Positions 8,357 to 18,345 of a DNA stretch of 64,000 bases are shown here, one piece after another. The stretch's first letter is position 1. Every line of letters starts with the position of its first letter. Both the position numbers and the translations under genes were made by a program. The stretch is from the NCBI GenBank assembly GCA_965218095.1, contig OZ244587.1:5920001-5984000 (forward strand), read 5' to 3'. This stretch comes from Candidatus Poribacteria bacterium. GTDB lineage: Bacteria; Poribacteria; WGA-4E; PCPOR2b. The notes under the pieces were generated by a model that searched no databases, was not told the origin of the DNA, and saw only the letters and a program-made list of their open reading frames with translations.

Positions 8357-9754
8357 TCATATCTGCAAAAGTTGTGCAAGCATGTTCTTCAACCGGTGGC
8401 CGACCACCTCAACGTTCGGAATTTGCATCGGGGTGGTGTCATCTACATCCATACCAAAGCGCACAATCGGGATAGTCTCGTCTTGGTACTGCGTTATAGG
8501 CGAAGTCTTGTCCTTTTTCAAGATCTTCGTGTCCAGATATTCACGCACGACTTCGCTGCTCCTCGGGTGCCGTATTGCTGCGAAGTAAAGTCGGTCTATA
8601 CCTTGTCGCTCGCTTGGTGTCCAACATTTATGCACCACGATGGGAACTAAGGCAATGTCATAAGTCACCCCCATCCACATGTATCGCCAGCAATCAAATC
8701 TCCAGAGCTGTTCACGAAATTCTGAGGTGTCCTGCTCCCTATAAAATTTGGCGATCTCTTTCGAGCGTCCATAACGTGGATTTGGGTTGACAGAAACAAA
8801 CAGCAGGCTCAGGTCATTCACGAGGGGCAGGGAAGCTTCGACCATTTGATGAATATCCTCGAATGGATCAACGTCAATTATATCAAAGCGCCATCCTGTC
8901 TGCTGAATTTCAGATATTATTTTGTATGCATTCATCGCGTTTGGTGGCATCAGAACCCTGAAGCGCTGCTCATGCTCATAGCGCGAGAGCAACTCTTCAA
9001 GGGGCCACTCTTCGTTCACGTGTTCCAACAAGTCAGCGGCATGATGTTTGTGAGCATCGAACGCCTTCGTAAATCGAACATCTTCCTTCTCGACCGAAAC
9101 GACCAGACCATAGTTTGCGAATATTCGTGTTCCATCACCATAACCCTGGGTGGGTTCAAAGATAGCAAGTGACTTCTTTCCAGGAATACGGCAGAAGGTC
9201 TCACACAAGATTCGATTGAGTTCATGCTTGGTCTCAGTAGCAGGCAAGACTGCCCCTAAACCTGATTGTTCTTTCCCGTAAGTGTACGCATAATCCTGCA
9301 AGCTTTGAAAATGCTGCTTATTCGCCCCCAATATCATTCGTATCGCCCACTGTGTGTTCTTGAGCTCCTCACCATTCCTCAGTTCCTCGTAAGCCAAGCG
9401 TCTCGCTTCCCGTTTCCTCAAACCTTGCTTCGTCCTTTTATACATTGGCACGTCTTTGTCCAGTGTGTTTGCTTGCTCACGGAATAGAGGACTCAGGGTA
9501 CTGCTGGCACAAAACTTCTCTAATTCGTCAACAGGAACTTCAAGGGTCGCGGCGATTTGTACGAGCGGCAGCCCCTCCATAATCATGCGCTCCAATTGCT
9601 TGCGCTCGCCCTCTATCTCGCGTTGCCAATCAGTTGATTCAGCAGCCATTGTGCGTAGAATCGCTCTTATACGCGGCTTATCCTCCACACTGCTGATAGT
9701 GAAGTACTTGTGCAAAATCTGAACTACATCGTTTGTTACTACTCGCAAAAGCAT
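8357..9754 (-). CDS. HTH plus class I SAM-dependent methyltransferase-like protein
   Basis: HTH-like EGLPLVQIAATLEVPVDEL, motif I-like IFEPTQGYGDGT, acidic strand end VVSVEK and motif IV-like FDIIDVDPF. Confidence 0.55.
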   Translation of the reverse strand: MLLRVVTNDVVQILHKYFTISSVEDKPRIRAILRTMAAESTDWQREIEGERKQLERMIMEGLPLVQIAATLEVPVDELEKFCASSTLSPLFREQANTLDKDVPMYKRTKQGLRKREARRLAYEELRNGEELKNTQWAIRMILGANKQHFQSLQDYAYTYGKEQSGLGAVLPATETKHELNRILCETFCRIPGKKSLAIFEPTQGYGDGTRIFANYGLVVSVEKEDVRFTKAFDAHKHHAADLLEHVNEEWPLEELLSRYEHEQRFRVLMPPNAMNAYKIISEIQQTGWRFDIIDVDPFEDIHQMVEASLPLVNDLSLLFVSVNPNPRYGRSKEIAKFYREQDTSEFREQLWRFDCWRYMWMGVTYDIALVPIVVHKCWTPSERQGIDRLYFAAIRHPRSSEVVREYLDTKILKKDKTSPITQYQDETIPIVRFGMDVDDTTPMQIPNVEVVGHRLKNMLAQLLQI

Positions 9755-9809
9755 TGTATATCAAAATATAACGTCAGCAGTGGGGGATGTCCTGTCACTT
9801 TGTACCGCC

Positions 9810-9838
9810 ATTATATATCCGTTGGTGCTTTCTGTCAA
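9810..9838 (-). promoter_or_regulatory. Consensus sigma70 promoter for the 9754-1251 operon
   Basis: Minus strand reads TTGACA-17 bp-TATAAT, an exact consensus match. Confidence 0.8.
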
Positions 9839-9894
9839 GTGACCAAATTGGGGGAGCGTGTAATGGTGCTTCTATGCCTTGGATCAGATTCATG

Positions 9895-10665
9895 TTAGAA
9901 TCTCGCAGCTAGCGCATCCCGTCGGACCGGCGAATTAATGAACAGCGAGTCACCGCCGTCAATCGTGACCTCTAATCCCGTTGCCCACGCCGCCTCGTCG
10001 GAACAGAGCCAGAGCGCGGCGTAAGCAATGTCAATTGGGTTGCCGAGCCGCTCAAGTTTCGGCTCGGCGGGACGGACAGCGCCGCCGGGCAGCGGGTCCC
10101 AGATGATGCCGGGAGAGATGGCGTGGGCGCGGATGTTTTTGTCGTAGAGTTCCCTCGCCAGATTCTGCGCTGCTGCTATCATTCCCGCCTTTGCCGTCGC
10201 ATAAGCGCTGTTGGCGTCCTGACGCACACGAGCTCCCGCCGAGAGCGTAATGATGCAGCCTCCGCCCCGTGATTCCATTATCGGTACAAGACGTCGTACA
10301 GGTAAGAACAAGGTTCGTAAATTGTTCTGTAGTGCCTCGTCCCAAAACGACGGCTCCATGTTGGCGATGTCATGGTCGGTCGAGAAGAAACCGCCTGCGG
10401 CGTGGATAAAGCAATCCACACCACCGAATTCGTCCACTGCCGCTTGAACGAGCGCATCCACCTGAGCCTCATCGGTCAGGTCGGTTTGGAGCGTCAACAC
10501 CTCACCGCCTGCTGCACGCACACGGTCTGCGGTCTCGTTCAGCTTTTCCGCTGTCCGCGCAGCCAAGACCAGTTTTGCGCCTTCCTGCGCAAACAGTATT
10601 GCAGTTGCACGACTCATGTTCTGGCCTGCACCGCCAATAAGCACAACTTTGTCTTTCAATCTCAT
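9895..10665 (-). CDS. SDR family oxidoreductase
   Basis: Rossmann N-terminus LKDKVVLIGGAG, catalytic YATAK, NIRAHAISPG and TIDGG. Confidence 0.9.
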   Translation of the reverse strand: MRLKDKVVLIGGAGQNMSRATAILFAQEGAKLVLAARTAEKLNETADRVRAAGGEVLTLQTDLTDEAQVDALVQAAVDEFGGVDCFIHAAGGFFSTDHDIANMEPSFWDEALQNNLRTLFLPVRRLVPIMESRGGGCIITLSAGARVRQDANSAYATAKAGMIAAAQNLARELYDKNIRAHAISPGIIWDPLPGGAVRPAEPKLERLGNPIDIAYAALWLCSDEAAWATGLEVTIDGGDSLFINSPVRRDALAARF

Positions 10666-10692
10666 GATATATTCCTCCGTCAAAGTTTAGTG

Positions 10693-10726
10693 AAACCTTG
10701 CAAAGGTTTCAAACCTTCGCAAGGTT
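10693..10726. repeat. REP-like palindrome AACCTTxCxAAGGTTTxAAACCTTCGxAAGGTT
   Basis: Related copies at about 25500-25532 and 47128-47158, all intergenic. Confidence 0.7.
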
Positions 10727-12074
10727 AGGGCATCCGTTTCACGTAAGAGATTGCTTCTCTCATGAAGCCCAAAGCTGCTTTGATCCGATCTGGTTCCTCA
10801 AACCCATAAGATAACCTGAATTGTCTTTTCCCAACCTCAACGATGTCGCCTTTTGGGTGAACACAGTGCTCGCCGGGGATGTAGACGACTCGCGGATATC
10901 GAGAAGCTGGCGGGCCATTGATTTCTTCCCTTTCAATCGTTCTTGCGAGGAAATTGAAAAACGGCGAACCTTCGTACGTTTCAACATCATCCAAAGTCAA
11001 ATAGAAGTAAAATCCCGCCTTACCTCCCCGACATTCTAAAACCGCATGACCTAAAAGCTGTTCGATCCAGCTTTTGACTTGCTGCGCTTTCTTCCGATAC
11101 CCCCGATTGACCGCTTCAATTTGATCCTTGATGTGGTAATCTAATAGATAACTGGCGATCTCTTGGTTAATCAACGGCACACTAAACCCGACATCACTCG
11201 TCCTTTGAATCATCGCACTTACAAAGTGCCCATCTGCTCCAATTAGATAGCCAATCCGCAGCCCCGGCGCCAAGATTTTCGACAACGTTCCAATTTCGTA
11301 AACAATCCCAATTTCATCATAAAGGAACCCAGATCTTAACGGCTCCACCGTTGGGTCATGGACAAGATCTTCGTAGGCTTTATCGAAGAACAGCGGCACT
11401 TTCCTGCCGAGGTCACGGGATAATCGGGTTGCAATTTCAACCACTTCTCTCCTTCGTGCATTCGAGAGGATGGTGCTGGTTGGATTATTAATCGTGACGA
11501 TATAAAAGCACCGAATTGCACGCTTCTGATCGCCGAGCTCTTTGAGCTTTGATCTTAATAGTTCTGTTTGTATTCCGTTCTCATCTTCAGGGACAGTGAC
11601 AACCCGGAAGCCGATCCTTTCGAGGTAATTGCAATAGATATAGTACATCGGATCGGACGTGATGATGATTCCGGGGGGCAACAAATGGGCGATGCCTTCC
11701 AGCAAGCTCGTGGCACCGTTTGGCCCAATGATAATCTCTTTCTCCCGCAACCCCTGTTCGGTAAGCCCGCCAATCTGATTCTCAATGTAGAACCTTCTAA
11801 TCGATTCAATCAGGTTTGGGGACCCCTGCGTGCCACCGTAATTCAATGCCGCCCGATATTTCTGGGGGTGAGCAAGTACCTCCCGGCAAGCTACCTCAAT
11901 TAACCGAGGAGGAATCGTTCTTTCGTTGACATACCCTACACCGAGATTAATATCACAATCATCCCGAAAATTAACCGCAAAGGCGGTCATCATTCGATTG
12001 ACGGGGGAAGGGATACTTGAAGCCTTTCCGTATTCAGATAATGAAATTTCTTGGAGATTCATAATCACGTTCAT
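10725..12074 (-). CDS. PLP-dependent aminotransferase class I/II
   Basis: Motifs NNPTS, FFDKAY and GTLSKILAPGLRIGY. Confidence 0.9.
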   Translation of the reverse strand: MNVIMNLQEISLSEYGKASSIPSPVNRMMTAFAVNFRDDCDINLGVGYVNERTIPPRLIEVACREVLAHPQKYRAALNYGGTQGSPNLIESIRRFYIENQIGGLTEQGLREKEIIIGPNGATSLLEGIAHLLPPGIIITSDPMYYIYCNYLERIGFRVVTVPEDENGIQTELLRSKLKELGDQKRAIRCFYIVTINNPTSTILSNARRREVVEIATRLSRDLGRKVPLFFDKAYEDLVHDPTVEPLRSGFLYDEIGIVYEIGTLSKILAPGLRIGYLIGADGHFVSAMIQRTSDVGFSVPLINQEIASYLLDYHIKDQIEAVNRGYRKKAQQVKSWIEQLLGHAVLECRGGKAGFYFYLTLDDVETYEGSPFFNFLARTIEREEINGPPASRYPRVVYIPGEHCVHPKGDIVEVGKRQFRLSYGFEEPDRIKAALGFMREAISYVKRMP

Positions 12075-12092
12075 TTGATGAAAAAACGCAAA

Positions 12093-12641
12093 TCAAGTAT
12101 TGCATATCACGTATTGCGTATTGGCAGCGTTGAGTGTAAGCTTTTCACTCTGTGACAGCTTCAGCGCTTCAACGTCGTCTAAAGGATAAAAATGCGATTC
12201 AATCTCGTAGTCGTCAACACGCTTGGCGCCAGGTATAAACCTATCTGCTTGTGCCATATAGATCAGTTGTATAAAGTCCGGATGCAGATATTTATAGTCC
12301 GGTGGTTTGGATTTGAGATGGTGAAAATGCATAAATCCAAGCATGGATACACCAGTAATCGTCCAGCCCGTCTCTTCCAGCACTTCACGACGGAGCGTTT
12401 CCTCAAAAGTCTCGCCCACTTCACACTGTCCGCCGGGGATGATGTGAACCTCGTCTGGATTCCGAACCACAAGAATTGAATCGTCCCGCAAGACCAGCGT
12501 GCGTACCGGCGTGATATAGTCGAGCGGCGGCAATTCATCGGTTAGATAGCTAGTCGTGCGAATGGGAAGATCTCCCCAAACCGCTACATCCTCGACAAGG
12601 GCTTTATGACGTGCCAGAAATTCAGCAAGATCGGCCTTCAT
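12093..12641 (-). CDS. NUDIX hydrolase
   Basis: Nudix box PGGQCEVGETFEETLRREVLEETG. Confidence 0.9.
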   Translation of the reverse strand: MKADLAEFLARHKALVEDVAVWGDLPIRTTSYLTDELPPLDYITPVRTLVLRDDSILVVRNPDEVHIIPGGQCEVGETFEETLRREVLEETGWTITGVSMLGFMHFHHLKSKPPDYKYLHPDFIQLIYMAQADRFIPGAKRVDDYEIESHFYPLDDVEALKLSQSEKLTLNAANTQYVICNT

Positions 12642-12665
12642 TACATCAGCCTCGCTTTCTCGGTA

Positions 12666-13973
12666 CTATTCTAAGATTTTCACGTAGGAAACCATCTCTT
12701 GAACGATGGGCAAAACATCCTTGGGCTGCATGATACCCTTCTCCGTGACGATGGCACTGATTAGCTCATCCGGGGTGATCTCAAAGTAGAGATTCCTGGC
12801 GCTCACATTCGGCAGCGTCTCTGAAAAGACTTCTTGGCTATCCTTTTCTTCCAATTCGACGGATGCACGGACATGAAATTTATCCGTTTGACAGAGGACG
12901 TATGCCGGGACGCACTGCTTTTTAGCCGCGAGGGCAATTAGGTAAGTCCCCGCCTTGCTGACCACGGCGCCATCGGGAAGCACCGCGTCTGCGCCAATGA
13001 ACACAATATCCGCCCTTTGCATGAAATGTCCCGCCTGTGCATCGGTGATGAGTGTGACCGGATATTGCTCCGACAGGAGCCTGGCGGTTTTGACGCCTTC
13101 ATTTAATGGTCTGGATTTCGTGACAATAATCTGAAACCCTTTTCGGCGTGCGTCCAAAATTGCCGCCACGACCGTCGAACTATAGCTATGTGTGAAAATC
13201 ATCATGTTATCAGATAGCAGATCATGCGCCTTTTGCACAATAATCTGAGACGCCTTTCGGGCAGTCGTTCGGTATTGATCGATAAGTTCAGAAAAGTGTG
13301 CCTTGAAATCAGATGCAGACTTCCCTTGAGACAGACGCTGCTTGGCATGATACAGCACAAAGGCAACTGCGTTTGTCAATAGGATCATGGTCGGTCTTGC
13401 GTTGTGCAGATGCCAACCCACGTTTGATAGATACGCAAAGGGCTCATCGGGGGCTTTACCGGAGGCTTCCTCCACTGTCGTTTTCAATACTTCCAACGCC
13501 ATTAACACCAACTCGGACGCCCCATGCACCCGATCCTCTCCGATTTCAGCGATTTGGGTTACAACCGGTTGCCCCAGATAAACGCTGTCTAAGGTTTGCT
13601 TGAGGTTTGGAACGGTTGGGTATGATGTAATCTGGTCCGGCTCAATCCACTGCTTCTCGACATGTTCCCAATCCGTGCGGATTTCCGCTGGTTCGGGGAC
13701 ATGATAGAGAAACGGGTAAACCCTCCAAAGGATACTCCCATCTTCAATCTGCAGCGGTTTTCCCTTTCTGACAAATTGGACTGCTTCGGGAGAAAGCCCT
13801 GTCTCCTCTTCGATTTCTTTGAGGACCCGCTCATCAGGAGATTCATGCTCTTCTATCGAGCCGCTCACACCCGCCCAATGATAGGGATATGTTCTAACTT
13901 TGCCGCTACGCTTGAGCAGCAGAATTTTCCCTTGATGCTCTAAAAACGCAGTCACAACACACCTTTTTTTCAT
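12666..13973 (-). CDS. NUDIX domain fused to an eIF-2B alpha / ribose-1,5-bisphosphate isomerase / MtnA-like domain
   Basis: N-terminal GSIEEHESPDERVLKEIEEETG; C-terminal HGASEL, RPTM, THSYSSTV, SRPLNEG, GADAV, KAGTY and FEITP. Confidence 0.85.
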   Translation of the reverse strand: MKKRCVVTAFLEHQGKILLLKRSGKVRTYPYHWAGVSGSIEEHESPDERVLKEIEEETGLSPEAVQFVRKGKPLQIEDGSILWRVYPFLYHVPEPAEIRTDWEHVEKQWIEPDQITSYPTVPNLKQTLDSVYLGQPVVTQIAEIGEDRVHGASELVLMALEVLKTTVEEASGKAPDEPFAYLSNVGWHLHNARPTMILLTNAVAFVLYHAKQRLSQGKSASDFKAHFSELIDQYRTTARKASQIIVQKAHDLLSDNMMIFTHSYSSTVVAAILDARRKGFQIIVTKSRPLNEGVKTARLLSEQYPVTLITDAQAGHFMQRADIVFIGADAVLPDGAVVSKAGTYLIALAAKKQCVPAYVLCQTDKFHVRASVELEEKDSQEVFSETLPNVSARNLYFEITPDELISAIVTEKGIMQPKDVLPIVQEMVSYVKILE

Positions 13974-14011
13974 TTTTACTCCGGTTCTGTGGTTTCCTTC
14001 GGGGGCAAAAC

Positions 14012-14563
14012 TCACGAACTGAGTGGCAGTCCAGGTGCTTTAATCCGGCAACGGAACGAGTTTGAGTGGCACTTCAACCAATTTAACACGAGCCTGACAG
14101 CATACACAATCCCCCGGCGCAGCGGCTCGAATGGCACAGGTTTCGCAATAGTTTCGCAATAATAGTAGAGCTCATGAACGACCTCGTTATAAACGGATTG
14201 GAGGCTAATCGCTTCAAGGATCCGCGTTTTTGGAAAGGTTCTTCCCTTGATGATCAGTTCCTTTTCGCACAGGTGTTCATCAACGAACAACGCCTCCGAC
14301 AGATTCGTGCGTAGCAGCGTGTAGAACACGCCTTCTCTTGTCTTGAAACCATACAGGTGTTCGTGTTCGGGGGGGAGGTCTGCATTGTACAATTCGTGCA
14401 TCTCCTCCGCGAGGCAGACCACGCTGCCACGGATCTGAATCTCTTGAGCTTGCTGATTATCTTTTTCAGAATTTTGAGGCTGCGTATTGGCAGCGGCGAT
14501 CATCGCAAGGGCAAAAATCAGCCCACCCATCCAGAAAATTATGCGATTGTGTCTACGAGACAT
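14012..14563 (-). pseudogene. Secreted protein with a C-terminal Cys-rich metal-binding motif, frameshifted
   Basis: Signal peptide present. An 11-bp tandem duplication (14140-14161) shifts the frame off YYCETCAI...PGDCVCC. Confidence 0.6.
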
Positions 14564-14634
14564 CGGTTGCTGCTCCTTGCCTTTTTTATTTGACTAGGCG
14601 TCCTTTTCTCACGTGTATCCTTGCTTTATTCCCC

Positions 14635-15900
<1,266 letters not shown>

Positions 15901-15901
15901 T

Positions 15902-16040
15902 TATACTACCCACCGCCCGAAACTGCGCTTTTTGGCCGTCATTCTGAGGCTTTGCGAAGAACCTCAGCGCCAAAGGTCCTTCACTTCGTTGCGGATGACA
16001 GATGCCCTTAGAAGCGCAATTTGACGCGGTGTTAAGTATA
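15902..16040. mobile_element. MITE-like element enclosing a GTCATTCTGAG-type REP
   Basis: 29-bp imperfect terminal inverted repeats (22/29) beginning TATACT, with an internal GTCATTCTGAG...GATGAC palindrome. Confidence 0.55.
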
Positions 16041-16183
16041 TCATATATTGCATAGTGCGTAAAACGTAATGCGTAAAACGTGAAGGGCTGACTCGGAAAT
16101 TTGCGGATTAGCCCATTGGTTGATGCAAAATGGTATCATCAGATCGATGAGGAAGCCAAAATTTTGATGGCGACGAGGAAAAT

Positions 16184-16744
16184 TCACCACCGCATGGCTG
16201 CCTCACGATAGAGCGTAATCTGCTGCATATTGCGGGGAATCTCAAGATGAACAGATTTTCGTTTCCGGTTGGCGTCTTTGATGACAATCAGAGCACGGAG
16301 TATATTGGTCATCGTTACAGCCCCCGATTCATAGAAAACCCACATCCGTTGCTCAGTATAAGGGTTGACGATGTACTCCTGGGCGGGATGAAACAGATCA
16401 TACTTTGGGTATTCGAGCCCAATCGTTTTGTCGTAGCTATCTAAAATCAGCTCTGGCGGATTTTCTTTGGGTGAATAGCCGCTGAGTTTGCATTTCTGAA
16501 TCCGAATCGGGCTGCCGGATCTGTTGATGAGACGGAGGGAAACAATGATTGCCAGTCGGTGGTTGTCATCGCGGTTGATAAACCAGGTCTCTTCCGGGAA
16601 GGCTTCGATCGTAAATTCGGGAATCTGTCGCTTCTGATGATAGACAGCCACAAGTGCAATGAAGCCACCGACTCCGATTAACGTCCAGAAGCCGGTCGGT
16701 GTTGATAGAAACTGAAGGAGCTCTTTTAATGCTTGTTGAAGCAC
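16184..16744 (-). CDS. Hypothetical membrane-anchored protein
   Basis: N-terminal transmembrane helix followed by a beta-rich domain; RBS AAAGGA. Confidence 0.6.
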   Translation of the reverse strand: MLQQALKELLQFLSTPTGFWTLIGVGGFIALVAVYHQKRQIPEFTIEAFPEETWFINRDDNHRLAIIVSLRLINRSGSPIRIQKCKLSGYSPKENPPELILDSYDKTIGLEYPKYDLFHPAQEYIVNPYTEQRMWVFYESGAVTMTNILRALIVIKDANRKRKSVHLEIPRNMQQITLYREAAMRW

Positions 16745-16865
16745 GTCATTTCCTTTGGCACGGATGTGTAATAATTGGTTTGGTGGAAACGGATAAGTCG
16801 TGAAATGAAGTTCAGACGTTCAAAAGTTCATTTGTTCAAGCATTCATGACCTCATTCCCCGTCTG

Positions 16866-17546
16866 TCAATCCGGCGCACCGGTCATCGGCACAAAGCGGA
16901 CGCCACTAATTGTTTTTCGCTCGATGTCATGTTCGGTTTTGCGAATACGCACCAGATCTTGATAGTAGTCACCGAGAGGAAGCACCATGAGTCCGCCATC
17001 TACCAACTGTTCGATAAGACGATTCGGCATTTCCTTTGGCGCAGCAGTCACGATAATCCGGTCGAAGGGGGCATGTTCCTCCCATCCGTAGTAGCCATTG
17101 CCGAGTTTTTTATGGATGTTGCGATAACCAAATGCGTCTAACTGCTTCCCCGCGCTTTCCACGAGCCCCGGGATAATCTCAATGGTGTAGACCTGTTCAA
17201 CAAACTCCGCTAACACGGCGGTTTGATACCCGCACCCCGTACCAATCTCCAGCACTTTCGACGACGCTTCCAACTCCAGTAATTCCGTCATCAGGGCAAC
17301 AATGTAGGGTTGAGAGATCGTTTGTCCACACTGAATCGGCATCGCATTGTCTTCGTAAGCATCAGCCATGGAATCTCGATTAACGAACAGATGACGAGGT
17401 ACTTTTCGCATTACTTTGAGCACTCTTTTGTCTTTGATACCGCGTCTTTGAAGCTGTTCACGCACCATTTTCTCGCGTAAATCGGTGTAACGATCATCTG
17501 CTGGCTTGTCTCCGTTTTGCAACGAATTCTGGCGTCGGAAACGCAT
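16866..17546 (-). CDS. pcm: Protein-L-isoaspartate O-methyltransferase
   Basis: Motifs VPRHLF, GQTISQPYIVA, VLEIGTGCGY, APFDRIIVTAA and VRFVPM. Confidence 0.95.
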   Translation of the reverse strand: MRFRRQNSLQNGDKPADDRYTDLREKMVREQLQRRGIKDKRVLKVMRKVPRHLFVNRDSMADAYEDNAMPIQCGQTISQPYIVALMTELLELEASSKVLEIGTGCGYQTAVLAEFVEQVYTIEIIPGLVESAGKQLDAFGYRNIHKKLGNGYYGWEEHAPFDRIIVTAAPKEMPNRLIEQLVDGGLMVLPLGDYYQDLVRIRKTEHDIERKTISGVRFVPMTGAPD

Positions 17547-17679
17547 TGTGATTCACCTGACCTTCCGATGTATGTCCACAAATACAACATGGAGAAATAG
17601 CCAATTCACTGAACATCATAAATTCTGATGATGACTTCTGCACAGTTCTCCATCACAGAATCGACCCATTAACTTCCGA

Positions 17680-18342
17680 TTAAGCATCACTCAACGGATA
17701 AGGGCACTGATGAAGTAGCACACACGCCTCACAACGCGGTGTTTTTCGACACGTTCTCGCGCCATGACGCACAATCAAGGCGTGATATTCATTGAACAAC
17801 TGAAGGTCATGGGGGAGAGATGTCATGAAGATTTTTTGGAGCCTGCCATAATGGTATCTGCCATCAAACCACCCCAACCGCTTGGACAAACGGTAGGTGT
17901 ATGCATCGATGACAAAAATCGGCTTTTCAGCCGCGTAAAGCAGGATGGAGTCTGCTGTCTCCTCCCCGATTCCATAAATCAAGAGCAACTCTTTCCGAAG
18001 TGTTGGCAGATCTTTTTCCAACAACGAATCCAACCGATTACGATGGTATTCTTGTAAATGATCCAGAAATGCTCGGACCTTCTTCGCTTTGGCACGGTAG
18101 TATCCTGATGGACGGATAAGCATCTCCAGTTCAGCCTGGTGAACTTTGACCAATCGATCGGGAGTTAAGAGTTCGGCAGCTTTGAGGTTATTAATTGCCT
18201 GGACAACGTTTCCCCAGGCGGTTGATTGGACGAGGATCGCACCGATAATCACTTCAAACGGCGTTTCAGCGGGCCACCAATTCTGTGCGCCGTACCCGGC
18301 ATAGAGATCATCGTACAGTCTGAGGAGCTTTTCACGCATCAC
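17680..18342 (-). CDS. Endonuclease III-like HhH-GPD DNA glycosylase
   Basis: Motifs WWPAETPFE, GIGEETADSILLY and the 4Fe-4S motif CRKTPRCEAC...C. Confidence 0.9.
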   Translation of the reverse strand: MMREKLLRLYDDLYAGYGAQNWWPAETPFEVIIGAILVQSTAWGNVVQAINNLKAAELLTPDRLVKVHQAELEMLIRPSGYYRAKAKKVRAFLDHLQEYHRNRLDSLLEKDLPTLRKELLLIYGIGEETADSILLYAAEKPIFVIDAYTYRLSKRLGWFDGRYHYGRLQKIFMTSLPHDLQLFNEYHALIVRHGARTCRKTPRCEACVLLHQCPYPLSDA

Positions 18343-18345
18343 ACC

